From NCBI GenBank assembly GCA_044869275.1, contig JBIOXB010000063.1:15303-79302 (forward strand): a DNA stretch of 64,000 bases, given 5' to 3'. How positions within the stretch are numbered: position 1 is the stretch's first letter; each line of letters opens with the position of its first letter. The notes under the pieces are model-generated. The model saw only the letters and a list, made by a program, of their open reading frames with translations, was not told the DNA's origin and ran no database searches. This DNA comes from a bacterium. Lineage in GTDB: Bacteria; Zhuqueibacterota; Zhuqueibacteria; Zhuqueibacterales; Zhuqueibacteraceae. Shown piece by piece: positions 10,290 to 19,406 of the stretch. A program made the translations under genes and the position numbers.

Positions 10290-10403
10290 ACTGCGAAAGC
10301 CGGCGCATGCGATACTTGGGGTAACGCGCCTTGACGCGCACTGCAGAGACACCATAAACCACGGTCAACAGCGTAATGGCCGTGAGAAAGAGTGCGAAAG
10401 CCA
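10290..10403 (-). CDS. Possible 38-aa single-helix membrane peptide.
   Basis: Translated by hand in the minus frame: MAFALFLTAITLLTVVYGVSAVRVKARYPKYRMRRLSQ*. AAAGGAG lies 8 nt upstream of the ATG. Below the size cutoff of the supplied track. Speculative. Confidence 0.3.
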
Positions 10404-10546
10404 TGCCATGCTCCTTTCCGCAAGAAACCAGCTTCCTTATCGCTGTGATGTTGGCGACCTACAGCTTAGACGCTCGACCCTGAAAAAAAGTTTCGTCTGT
10501 GCCACTCCATTTGTAAGATTTCTCCGTCGAACGAAATGAGGCAATT

Positions 10547-11323
10547 ATGGATCTGGGATTGCAGCAGAAAGTTGTGATTGTGACCGGCGGCAGTCGCGGC
10601 CTCGGCAAAGGCATTGCCATGGGTTTGGCAAAGGAAGGCTGCCGCTTGGCGATGTGCGCGCGTGAGCAAAAACCCCTGGAAGCCGCGGCGCAGGAGATTC
10701 GAGATCAGGGTGTGGAAGTCTTGGCTTTGCCGCTCGATCTTACGCAGAAAGAAAGTGCGCAAGTACTGGTCGATGAAACTTGCCGGCGCTTCGGCCGCAT
10801 CGACGTCCTGGTCAATAATATCGGCGGCAATCGTCGCGGCCCGTTCGAGAGCCGTGCGGACGAAGAATGGGAGGAAATCCTCGACCTCAATCTCAAGGTC
10901 CACATTCGCGCCAGCCGCGCGGTGATTCCACACATGCGCCAGCATGGCGGCGGCGCCATCATATTCATTTCATCTGTCTTTGGAAGAGAATCCGGCGGTG
11001 AGGGATTATCGCTTTACAACACGACAAAATCGGGTGTGATTAGCCTTGCCAAAATCATGGCCGTGGAACTGGCGAAATACAACATCCGCGTCAACAGCGT
11101 GGCTCCCGGCTCGATTCGTTTTCCCGGCGGCAGTTGGGACAAGCGCGTGCAGCAAGATCCGCACGGCATGGCCGAGTTCGTCAAAAGGGAAATTCCCATG
11201 GGCCGGTTTGGCACGGTCGAAGAAGTGGCGAATGTCGTGGGATTCCTGGCGTCAGAACGCGCGAGTTGGGTGAGCGGAGCGTGTATCAACGTGGATGGGT
11301 GCCAGTCGCGATCATTGATTTAA
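10547..11323 (+). CDS. SDR-family oxidoreductase (3-oxoacyl-ACP reductase-like).
   Basis: TGGSRGLGKGIA (Rossmann TGxxxGxG) and a typical SDR length. RBS-like sequence upstream. Confidence 0.85.
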   Translation: MDLGLQQKVVIVTGGSRGLGKGIAMGLAKEGCRLAMCAREQKPLEAAAQEIRDQGVEVLALPLDLTQKESAQVLVDETCRRFGRIDVLVNNIGGNRRGPFESRADEEWEEILDLNLKVHIRASRAVIPHMRQHGGGAIIFISSVFGRESGGEGLSLYNTTKSGVISLAKIMAVELAKYNIRVNSVAPGSIRFPGGSWDKRVQQDPHGMAEFVKREIPMGRFGTVEEVANVVGFLASERASWVSGACINVDGCQSRSLI

Positions 11324-11465
11324 TGCCGCGCGATCGAGCAGGGAGACTGGATTCCTGGATTCCTGGATTATTGGAGTGTTGGAGTGGTAGAAAGGCATTA
11401 CTCCAATAATCCATAACTCCAATAATCCACCACTCCACCCATCCATGCGTTAAACTTCTCAATTC

Positions 11466-12611
11466 TCAATTAAACTTCGTGAAAGTCACTTCCAAATGCC
11501 TGGCCTGCCCCGTCGCGTGCTCCCATTGCACCAAAATCGGGCTTTGATACGTGCCGTGCACGATGCGGCTTTTGCCGTCGCTGGGGCTTTCGGAGACCAG
11601 CAGGCTCACGTGGCGTTTCATGCGCAAAAAGCGCGAGGCGGGCACGCGAATGAACGTCGAAAGAATCTTTTCCACCACCGACTCGCTCACGCCGAAAGCA
11701 TCCATCACTTCATTGAACAGGTGCACCAGATCGTATTTGGCATAATCCATGGTTTTGCTCGGGATCGCTTTGGGATCGAGCAGCATGTGTTTGCCTTGCA
11801 TGGCGACGAATTTCAAAGGATTGCGTAAGACCTCGGCAAGGTCGTGCCGCATCAACAAAGTCTCATATTCATTCACCGTCAATCCCGCATGCCGCTCGCT
11901 GGGCGGAAGCGCCAAATCAATCCGGCCTTTTTCCATGCCGAACTTGTGCGCCAACTCTTCGAGCTGCTCGAAAAAGCCGTAGCGCGGATCTTTGAGATTG
12001 ATGGAATCGATCGGATGCTTGGAAACCGGGATCGCAATCTTGTCCCGATGCACGACGGCCTCATCGTTGTAAAAAAGCGCGCGCGTTTGCCGCGTGCGAT
12101 GCCCGGTTTCGTGAATCCCGTCCAGGTCGATGAAATAAACCGGTTTGCCCGGGCGGTTGACGTAGGTCACGCAATTCTTCAGGCCCGAACCAATGAAGGT
12201 CAGATGCGAATCGCCGTTTCTAGGCTCGCACTTGCGCTGCTCCTCGCTCAGCTCCATGCGATGCTCCATCTGATCATGGCGGTAGTCCGCTTCCGGCGGA
12301 AAGAGCTTTTGGAAGGCGCGTATGAAAGGCGTGACGTGATCGCGGCTGTGCCGCAAGCGTGCGCACAGGCTCTGCTCCAGATAGCCGGCCGTGGTGTGAA
12401 AAGAACAATACACCACTTTGCGATAATCCGCCAGTGCGTCGCCCAATTCCGCGGCGAGGCGATGTGCGACATCGATGATATCAAAACGTGCACGCGGCAC
12501 GAGCGCCAGGGTGATTTCCTTTGGATGCGCAACCATTCCAGCTCTCCGATTGCCAGGGATAGAGATTTCTTTCATTTTCTCGATGTTGTTTCGTGCCCTC
12601 CAATCGGGCAA
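11466..12611 (-). CDS. Hypothetical protein with an N-terminal YjbQ/UPF0047-like segment.
   Basis: CSFHTTAGYLEQ resembles the UPF0047 signature H-T-[ST]-A-[SG]. The rest has no recognised motif. Weak call. Confidence 0.35.
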   Translation of the reverse strand: MPDWRARNNIEKMKEISIPGNRRAGMVAHPKEITLALVPRARFDIIDVAHRLAAELGDALADYRKVVYCSFHTTAGYLEQSLCARLRHSRDHVTPFIRAFQKLFPPEADYRHDQMEHRMELSEEQRKCEPRNGDSHLTFIGSGLKNCVTYVNRPGKPVYFIDLDGIHETGHRTRQTRALFYNDEAVVHRDKIAIPVSKHPIDSINLKDPRYGFFEQLEELAHKFGMEKGRIDLALPPSERHAGLTVNEYETLLMRHDLAEVLRNPLKFVAMQGKHMLLDPKAIPSKTMDYAKYDLVHLFNEVMDAFGVSESVVEKILSTFIRVPASRFLRMKRHVSLLVSESPSDGKSRIVHGTYQSPILVQWEHATGQARHLEVTFTKFN

Positions 12612-12943
12612 AACAAGGTAAACTTAGGATTTCTAAGCTGCAATGTCAAGTTCATCTTCGCCATATCGATGGAGAGATAACTTTCATACAAATCATTCAT
12701 GTAGATGAGATGGGCCGAAATTGCGGAAGGGAATTTCATGAACAATCCACGTAAACATGGAACCACCATTCAAACATAGCCGCCGCTTTCTTTTAGTGTG
12801 ACCGATCTGCAAAAAATGCCTTCGTGACGAAGGCACACTTACCAACTTATATTGTCACATGAAATTTTCCAAACAGTTTTTGGTGGGAAATTCAAACTGC
12901 AAAATCATCCGGTTCGGGCTCAGAACTTGATGCTGGAGAAGTT

Positions 12944-13105
12944 ATGGAGAAACGGAAGGATTTGAAAACAATGGACTGGACCTTCACCATGGGTGAGACC
13001 GTAATCAAGATCATGACCCGGCTGTTTGGGCTGATTCTCGCGGTAATGGCGGTGCAGTTCGTGATCAATGGGGTGAGGGATTCGTTTCCTGAAGTGTTTG
13101 CCTGA
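12944..13105 (+). pseudogene. Orphan C-terminal fragment of a MarC-family (UPF0056) membrane protein, 53 codons. Likely a gene remnant.
   Basis: Hand translation: MEKRKDLKTMDWTFTMGETVIKIMTRLFGLILAVMAVQFVINGVRDSFPEVFA*. The TRLFGLILAVMAVQFVINGV motif is the conserved C-terminal helix of MarC-family proteins. There is no room upstream for the missing ~150 aa, because a minus-strand gene ends at 12611. Confidence 0.45.
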
Positions 13106-13109
13106 ACTA

Positions 13110-13215
13110 CTCTTACTGCTACTCTCACTCGTGCTCTTACTCCTACTCTTACTCGCTTCTCAAATAGCGGAAAAGCGAGTAAGAGTAGGAGCAAGAGTTA
13201 GAGCAGGAGCAAAGG
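13110..13215. repeat. Long imperfect inverted repeat (stem ~28-38 bp, loop AAATAGCG) built from CTCTTACTC-type short tandem units. Candidate bidirectional terminator or REP-like element between convergent genes.
   Basis: Left arm gctcttactcctactcttactcgcttctc (13133-13161) pairs with right arm gaaaagcgagtaagagtaggagcaagag (13170-13197) with 2 mismatches. No U-tract. It generates the low-complexity ORFs 12892..13194 and 13098..13313. Confidence 0.6.
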
Positions 13216-13216
13216 A

Positions 13217-13687
13217 TTATTTTACCATTCCCGTTCTCACCGCAAGAATGAAATCCGTGTACGCCGGTGTGAAGCCCGCGTCACGCATGGCGGTCGCGAT
13301 CTGTCCGCGATGATAAGCGGCATGCAGGAACACATGCGTGAGAATATCGCCCACGGTGTTGTGCCATTCCTCGCCCTTCGTGTTTTTGTAAACCACGGTT
13401 TGTGCCAGCCGCGCTTCGGTCAAATCTTTCAAAAAAGCCTCCCACTTCGCGGTGAGCTCGGCAAAGTGTCTTTCACATTCCGCGAACGAAAACTCGGGCC
13501 AGACCGCGAGCGCCTGCTTTTCATTTTGTATGCGGTTGAGCCACAAGTACTCCGCCGCAATAATGTGCGCTAAAAATCTCAACGCCCGCGGCGGTGGTGC
13601 GGAGGCCTGTTTGAAAAAGGCCAGCACTTCGCGATTGGCCCACGCCTCGTAGGCGCCGAGTCGTTGAAAGTGTTGCAACATGTTCAT
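13217..13687 (-). CDS. DinB/YfiT-like (DinB_2) metal-dependent hydrolase-fold protein.
   Basis: HIIAAEYLWLNRI ... HVFLHAAYHRGQI follows the conserved His-containing helical pattern of the DinB superfamily. The likely start is MNMLQHF. Confidence 0.7.
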   Translation of the reverse strand: MNMLQHFQRLGAYEAWANREVLAFFKQASAPPPRALRFLAHIIAAEYLWLNRIQNEKQALAVWPEFSFAECERHFAELTAKWEAFLKDLTEARLAQTVVYKNTKGEEWHNTVGDILTHVFLHAAYHRGQIATAMRDAGFTPAYTDFILAVRTGMVK

Positions 13688-13823
13688 GTGGGCATCCTCG
13701 GGGTAGGGGTAGGGCTTCGCCGCGCAGACTTGCAATATGCAAACGAGATGCGTGAGAGGCCGGCGCCACGAAGTCCTCACGATCTACGATCTACCATCTT
13801 CTATCTTCAAGCTTCAGACCGGC

Positions 13824-14774
13824 TCACGCCCCGCCATTGGCAATTTCCAAGTCTCCGCCACATTTGAGATACAACACCGCCATGCGCACGGCCACGCCGT
13901 TGGTGACCTGATCGATGATGAGCGAGTATTCGCTGTCGGCCACATCGCTGGACAATTCCACACCGCGATTGATGGGACCGGGGTGCAAGATGACCACATC
14001 TTTCCTGGCCGCTTCCACGCGTGCGCGATCCAAACCAAAATAGGCCGCATATTCCCGCAACGACGGAAACAGACCGCTGCGCATGCGCTCGAGCTGCAGC
14101 CGCAGCACGTTCAAAACGTCCGCCCAGCGTAACGCCTCGTCGACATTCGTGAACAGGCGAATATCCTCTCCAAACGCTTCCATAAAATGGCGCGGCAGCA
14201 AAGTGGCCGGCGCGCACACGCCGACCTGCGCGCCCATTTTTTTCAGGCCGTGAATATTGCTGCGCGCCACGCGACTGTGCTGAATGTCTCCCACCAAGAC
14301 GACTTTGAGGTTTTCCAGCGTGCCGAATTTATCCTTCAAGGTCATCAAATCGAGCAGCGCCTGCGTGGGATGCTTGTGCTGCCCATCGCCGGCATTGATG
14401 ACGCCCGCTTCGATCCAATTGACCAGCAGGTGCGGCGCGCCGGCGGCATGGTGGCGGATCACTACCGTGTCGATTTTCATCGCTGCGAGGTTGCGCACGG
14501 TGTCGCGCAGGGTCTCGCCCTTGGCGACCGAGGAACCGGAGGAAGAGAAATTGATCGTATCCGCGGACAGGCGCTTTTCTGCCAGTTCGAAAGAGATGCG
14601 GGTGCGGGTGGAGTTTTCAAAAAAAAGATTGACGATGGTTTTGCCGCGCAGCGTGGGAACTTTGGGAATGGGACGGGAAAGAACTTCTTTGAAGTATTGA
14701 GCCGTTTTTAGAATGAGAGCGATTTCTTCTCGAGGAGTATTGGCCAAGCCGAGCAAGTGTTTCGAGATGACCAT
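13824..14774 (-). CDS. pyrB: Aspartate carbamoyltransferase catalytic subunit.
   Basis: STRTRISFE (carbamoyl-phosphate binding STRTR), HPTQALLD, and HLLVNWIEAGVINAGDGQHKHP (HPxQ). Confidence 0.9.
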   Translation of the reverse strand: MVISKHLLGLANTPREEIALILKTAQYFKEVLSRPIPKVPTLRGKTIVNLFFENSTRTRISFELAEKRLSADTINFSSSGSSVAKGETLRDTVRNLAAMKIDTVVIRHHAAGAPHLLVNWIEAGVINAGDGQHKHPTQALLDLMTLKDKFGTLENLKVVLVGDIQHSRVARSNIHGLKKMGAQVGVCAPATLLPRHFMEAFGEDIRLFTNVDEALRWADVLNVLRLQLERMRSGLFPSLREYAAYFGLDRARVEAARKDVVILHPGPINRGVELSSDVADSEYSLIIDQVTNGVAVRMAVLYLKCGGDLEIANGGA

Positions 14775-14845
14775 TTAGACCTCTATTTTGTGTCGCGGTT
14801 TGTAAAACCGCGACGGACGGAGCAGCGGTTTTTTCATGCAAAAGC

Positions 14846-15436
14846 TCAAGCCGATCCTTCCTCCAAAACTTCAACCAAATCCACACCGTCCACGCCATCG
14901 ACGTTTGCCAATTTGACCCGGACTTCCTCGCCTGCGGTCGTCATGATTTCCTTGCCGGTAAAATCCGCGCGTACCGGCAACTCGCGATGCCCGCGATCGA
15001 TGATCACCGCCAACCGGATTTTCGCGGGGCGGCCGAAGTCCATCAGCGCGTCCAACGCCGCGCGGATCGTGCGTCCGGTGTACAGCACGTCGTCGACAAG
15101 AATCACTACCTTGCCTTCGAGGTCGAAAGGAATGTCCGTGGCTTGCACGCGCGATTTTTTCATGCGATGCAGCGAGCCGCGCTGGTTGTACGACAGGTCG
15201 TCGCGGTACAACGTCACGTCCAGCGTGCCCAGCGGCAGCTTGCGGCCTTCAAATTGCTCGATCTTTTCGATCAAGCGCTGCGCCACTTCCACGCCGCGCG
15301 TACGAATCCCCACGAACACGAGGTTTTCGACCCCGCGGTTGGATTCGATGATCTCGTTCGCCAGGCGAGCCAGGGTGCGGTTCAATCCCGGCGCGTCCAT
15401 GATCTCGGCTTTGAATCGGTTGGGCGTGGTTCTCAT
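14846..15436 (-). CDS. pyrR: Bifunctional pyrimidine operon regulator / uracil phosphoribosyltransferase PyrR.
   Basis: VVILVDDVLYTGRTIRAALDAL (PRPP-binding motif). The N-terminus aligns to B. subtilis PyrR (AEIMDAPGLNRTLARLANEIIE). Directly upstream of pyrB. Confidence 0.9.
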   Translation of the reverse strand: MRTTPNRFKAEIMDAPGLNRTLARLANEIIESNRGVENLVFVGIRTRGVEVAQRLIEKIEQFEGRKLPLGTLDVTLYRDDLSYNQRGSLHRMKKSRVQATDIPFDLEGKVVILVDDVLYTGRTIRAALDALMDFGRPAKIRLAVIIDRGHRELPVRADFTGKEIMTTAGEEVRVKLANVDGVDGVDLVEVLEEGSA

Positions 15437-15610
15437 CCTTTGCTGAGGTGCGTGAGTGCGAGGTTGCGAGCGTTTTTTGGTGCGGTTGGCGTAAGCATAA
15501 AAAAAGCCTTCTCCTAAGACGCCCGCGAGCGTCGCCAGCGGCAAGGAAAAAGGCTTAAGATGAACTCGCATAAGCGAACAAATATTACAGTTTTTTTATA
15601 AGAGTGTCAA
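15437..15610 (-). promoter_or_regulatory. pyr leader. A sigma-70-like promoter (TTGACA-17-TAATAT, minus strand, 15581-15609) is followed by a GC-rich hairpin carrying a PyrR-binding-loop-like motif, then a U7 tract and a possible 21-codon leader ORF whose stop overlaps the pyrR ATG.
   Basis: Minus-strand sequence: ttgacactcttataaaaaaactgtaatat ... aagcctttttccttgccgctggcgacgctcgcgggcgtcttaggagaaggcttttttt ATG... The right arm GUCUUAGGAGAAGGCU resembles the PyrR binding-loop consensus (..GUCCAGAGAGGCU..). Leader ORF: MLTPTAPKNARNLALTHLSKG*, with an ATGA overlap onto pyrR. Confidence 0.55.
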
Positions 15611-16712
15611 GAGGAATCTCGGGAGGGGAACTCAAACGAACTGGCTCGCTACTTTTGGAGTTTGAGCCTTGGGCTTTGGAATTCAATCCTGTTAAGTTGC
15701 GTTTGAACGGCGGATAGACTACTCCGGCCTCGGTGATGATACCCGCAATCAATTCATGCGGCGTGACATCGAAAGCGGGGTTGTAAACCTGGCTGCCCTC
15801 CGGCGCCGTGCGCCTGCCAAAAGCATTGGTGATTTCTTCCGGCTGGCGCTCTTCGATCGGGATTTCTTGACCCGAAGCGATCGCAAAATCGATCGTCGAA
15901 ATCGGCGCAGCGACGTAAAACGGAATACCATGATGTTTCGCATTGACCGCCAGCGAATACGTCCCGATCTTATTGGCGGTGTCGCCGTTGGCGGCAATGC
16001 GATCCGCGCCCACGATACAGAAGTCGATGTGATTCCGCTGCATATAAAACGCGGCCATGTTGTCGCAAATCAACGTGCAGGGAATGCCCTCCTGCTGCAA
16101 CTCCCACATGTTCAGGCGCGCGCCTTGCAGCAAGGGCCGGGTCTCGTCAACGATCACGTGCAACTTTTTGCCTTGCGCATGCGCGGTGAATAAGACCCCG
16201 AGGGCGGTTCCAAAGTCGGCGGTAGCCAGTGCGCCGGTGTTGCAATGCGTCATCGCGGTGGCTTGCGATGGCACCAATTCCGCGCCGTGCCGGCCCAGGG
16301 CACGGCAGGTTTGGCGGTCCTCTTCAAAAATCTCGAGCGCTTCCCGCTGCAGGGCCGCGCGCACGGCAGAAAGCGGCTGCCCGCGATGTGCTTGCGCCAC
16401 CGCCAGCATGCGATCCAATGCCCACCCGAGATTCACGGCCGTGGGCCGTGTGCGCCGCAGAAATGCGACATCGTGCGCGAGCTGCGCAAAGAAACCCTCG
16501 TGAGCCTCATCACCCGCGGACTGTGCGCTCAACAAGACACCGAACGCGCCGGCAATGCCGATGGCCGGCGCACCGCGCACGCGCAAGCTTTTGATCGCTT
16601 CGGCCAAAATCTCGAGTTGATCGATTTCCAGGTAAACCAATTCTCCGGGCAGGCGCGTTTGATCGATCATGCGGATTTTATCGTTGTGCCAGGTGATCGT
16701 GGGGAGTGGCAT
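15585..16712 (-). CDS. mtnA: S-methyl-5-thioribose-1-phosphate isomerase (eIF-2B alpha/beta/delta family).
   Basis: N-terminal WHNDKIRMIDQTRLPGELVYLEI and RVRGAPAIGIAGAFGV are characteristic of MtnA/eIF2B-like proteins. ~375 aa. Confidence 0.85.
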   Translation of the reverse strand: MPLPTITWHNDKIRMIDQTRLPGELVYLEIDQLEILAEAIKSLRVRGAPAIGIAGAFGVLLSAQSAGDEAHEGFFAQLAHDVAFLRRTRPTAVNLGWALDRMLAVAQAHRGQPLSAVRAALQREALEIFEEDRQTCRALGRHGAELVPSQATAMTHCNTGALATADFGTALGVLFTAHAQGKKLHVIVDETRPLLQGARLNMWELQQEGIPCTLICDNMAAFYMQRNHIDFCIVGADRIAANGDTANKIGTYSLAVNAKHHGIPFYVAAPISTIDFAIASGQEIPIEERQPEEITNAFGRRTAPEGSQVYNPAFDVTPHELIAGIITEAGVVYPPFKRNLTGLNSKAQGSNSKSSEPVRLSSPPEIPLDTLIKKL

Positions 16713-17229
16713 GGTTTCCTCATTTCATGATGACCACAACCGCAACGCGCGCTGTGGTCGGCCAAGCTGTTTACGTTTCACGGATTACGCCTCACGCGAT
16801 TCTCGCGGGGTAAAACGTAACGCCTCATAAAACGTCTGCCATTCTCAATAAAATGAATTTTCTCCCAAAGTCAATGGCGCGTCATTTGCAATTTTCCCGC
16901 CAAATTTCTCATTGACAAACGCTGGCCGAATGTGTAATTTCAACAAAGGATTTGGGAAATGGAGGCTGGGTTTTTTAAAGTTGGAGCATCGGCCGCCCTT
17001 TCCCAATTTCTGTTTTTAATCCTGGTTCAGAAATGAACACCACGGTTATGGGCCGTCCGGTATGCGTCATGATGAAACGCTTTATCATTCATGCCCGGCC
17101 ATAGCCCCGAGTCGTTTTAGTTTTTTTCCACGCGGTGACGGAGAGAGGACCCGTTGGCAAATGAACAGACGTACTCGGTGCCGGAGGCAGCCCGCATAAA
17201 TCCCGCAAAAGGCTGGAAGGAGGAGCGGG

Positions 17230-18216
17230 TTGACACTGAAAGAAATCATTGAGCCGATTAAAGACGATCTGGCGGAATTCGAGCACGAGTTCAGGTCCAT
17301 GCTCAAATCCGACGTGTTTTTGATCGATCAAGTCGTGCGCTATTTGGTGGCGCAGCGCGGCAAGCGCCTGCGGCCGATTCTGGTGCTGTTAATCAGCCGC
17401 CTGAACGGTGCGCCACCTTCGCCGAAACGTTTGAAAGCCGCAGCCATTCTCGAATTGCTGCATACCGCCACGCTCGTACACGACGACGTCGTTGACGAAG
17501 CCGACCGCCGGCGGGGCTTCCCGTCCATCAATTCCATTTGGAAAAACAAAGTCTCGGTGTTGATGGGCGATTATCTGTTTTCCAAGGCCCTGCTGGCGAT
17601 GTTGCACATTGGCGATATGCATGCGTTTTCCATCATTTCTCACACCGCCGAGCGCATGAGCTCGGGCGAGCTTCTGCAGCTCGAGCGCCGCCGCGATTAT
17701 TGGATGGAAGAGGAGATTTATTTTCGATTGATCGCCGACAAAACCGCGGCGCTCATTTCCGCGGCGTGCCAGCTCGGCAGTTTGGCCGGCGAGCTTTCCA
17801 TGGACGAGATCGCACGCATGGGCCAGTTCGGCGAAAAGGCCGGCATTGCTTTTCAAATTCGTGATGATTTGCTCGACTTGCTCGGCGAGGAGAATCACAC
17901 GGGTAAGTCCGTGGGCAATGATATTCGTGAAAACCAAATTACCTTGCCGCTGCTGCATGCGTTAAAGAAAGCGGATAAAAGCGCGGCGAAAAGCGTGATT
18001 CGACTGGTGCGGCGCGGCGCGAGCTGGCGTGCGCGCAAAAGCGATTATCGCCGCATTGTGGAATTCATTGAAAGCCACGGCGGTGTCCACTATGCCAGCG
18101 AAACTGCGCAGCGGCTCGCCGGCGAAGCGGTCCGGCTGCTGGAGCCTTTTCATCAATCACCCTACAAAATCGCATTGACAAACCTGGTGCACTTCGTCAC
18201 GGCGCGGGAACATTAG
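17230..18216 (+). CDS. Trans-polyprenyl diphosphate synthase (IspB/hepta-octaprenyl type).
   Basis: First DDxxD motif LHTATLVHDDVVDEADRRRG and second motif FQIRDDLLDL. Confidence 0.85.
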   Translation: MTLKEIIEPIKDDLAEFEHEFRSMLKSDVFLIDQVVRYLVAQRGKRLRPILVLLISRLNGAPPSPKRLKAAAILELLHTATLVHDDVVDEADRRRGFPSINSIWKNKVSVLMGDYLFSKALLAMLHIGDMHAFSIISHTAERMSSGELLQLERRRDYWMEEEIYFRLIADKTAALISAACQLGSLAGELSMDEIARMGQFGEKAGIAFQIRDDLLDLLGEENHTGKSVGNDIRENQITLPLLHALKKADKSAAKSVIRLVRRGASWRARKSDYRRIVEFIESHGGVHYASETAQRLAGEAVRLLEPFHQSPYKIALTNLVHFVTAREH

Positions 18217-18224
18217 ACTTCAGG

Positions 18225-19361
18225 ATGAAAAAACTGCCTCTGGTCTGCAAGATACGGAAATCCGACCCGACCCGCACATTCCTCCAGGCGGCGCTGCTGC
18301 TCAGTGGACTGGGCTGCCACGCGCCGGAAATTCACACGGCGCGGCGGGTACGCGTGATGATGGACACCGCGGCGGCAATCAGCATCTATCTGCCCGACGC
18401 ACGCTTCGAAGCGCGCGCGCTTGCCGATATCGATACGGCGTTTCAAGAAATGGCCCGCCTCGATTCTCTCCTGTCGTTTTATCGCGAAGACAGCGAAGTG
18501 GGGGCTCTCAATCGCTGGGCGGCAATGCTGCCCGATGATGCGCCGGAAAACGCCGGGGCTTTTGCCGTCTCGGCGGAAATGGACACGTTGCTGCGCACGG
18601 CCGTGCGCATCAGCGGGATTACTTCGGGCGCGTTCGATGTCACCATCGCACCGTTGATGCAGCTCTGGGGATTCGGCACCGCGGCGTTGCGGTTGCCGGC
18701 GGCGGAGGAGATTCAAGCGAAATTGGCCCTGGTGAATTTTCGCCATCTGCTTCTGGAAGCGGCCGCGCCTTCATTCACGAATGGGAGACACACGGGCACA
18801 GTGGTGCGCTGGCGGCGCAGCGGCATGGGCATCGACCTGGGCGGCATTGCGAAGGGCTATATTCTCGAGCGCGGTTTGCAGGTATTGCAAGCGCGCGGGT
18901 ATCAAGATGCCATGTTGGAAGCGGGTGGTGATTTGTGTGCCATCGCCTCGCCGCTCACGGCAGGACAGCGGCACATCTGGATTCGCCATCCGCGGCAGGA
19001 AGACCAGCTTTTTGCGCGTTTCCGCATGAGCGGCGGCGCCGTTTCGACCAGTGGCGATTATGAAAGATACTTTGAAGAAAACGGCCGTCGCTATCATCAC
19101 ATACTCGATCCGCGCACGGGTTATCCTGCCGGTACCGATTCTGCCGGCCGTACCACGGTCAGCGCGACCGTGACCGGGCCCAGCGCGTTGATCACCGACG
19201 CTTTCTCCACCGCCATGTTTGTCCTGGGTCCGGAGCGGGCCGTAGCCCTGGCAGATAGCCTGCCCGAGATCGAAACCGTGATCCTCTATCAAGAAAATGG
19301 CCGGCTGCAGTGGCGGGCTTCACGAGAACTGGCCGGCAAGCTGGAGATGATTTCGAATTGA
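18225..19361 (+). CDS. apbE: FAD:protein FMN transferase (ApbE family) lipoprotein.
   Basis: Lipobox LLLSGLGC. The conserved central/C-terminal ApbE blocks are present (GIAKGYILERG, ..TSGDYERYFE.., ITDAFSTAMFVLG). Confidence 0.8.
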   Translation: MKKLPLVCKIRKSDPTRTFLQAALLLSGLGCHAPEIHTARRVRVMMDTAAAISIYLPDARFEARALADIDTAFQEMARLDSLLSFYREDSEVGALNRWAAMLPDDAPENAGAFAVSAEMDTLLRTAVRISGITSGAFDVTIAPLMQLWGFGTAALRLPAAEEIQAKLALVNFRHLLLEAAAPSFTNGRHTGTVVRWRRSGMGIDLGGIAKGYILERGLQVLQARGYQDAMLEAGGDLCAIASPLTAGQRHIWIRHPRQEDQLFARFRMSGGAVSTSGDYERYFEENGRRYHHILDPRTGYPAGTDSAGRTTVSATVTGPSALITDAFSTAMFVLGPERAVALADSLPEIETVILYQENGRLQWRASRELAGKLEMISN

Positions 19362-19406
19362 GGCGAGCGAACAAAGAAACTTTTGATTGATGGTTGAGGA
19401 GAACGT

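Noticed and set aside
12892-13313. ORFs 12892..13194 (-) and 13098..13313 (+) encoding LLLLL / VRVGARVRA low-complexity peptides.
   Set aside because: Generated by the CTCTTACTC-type inverted repeat. Each reads through one arm of the hairpin. Not plausible proteins.
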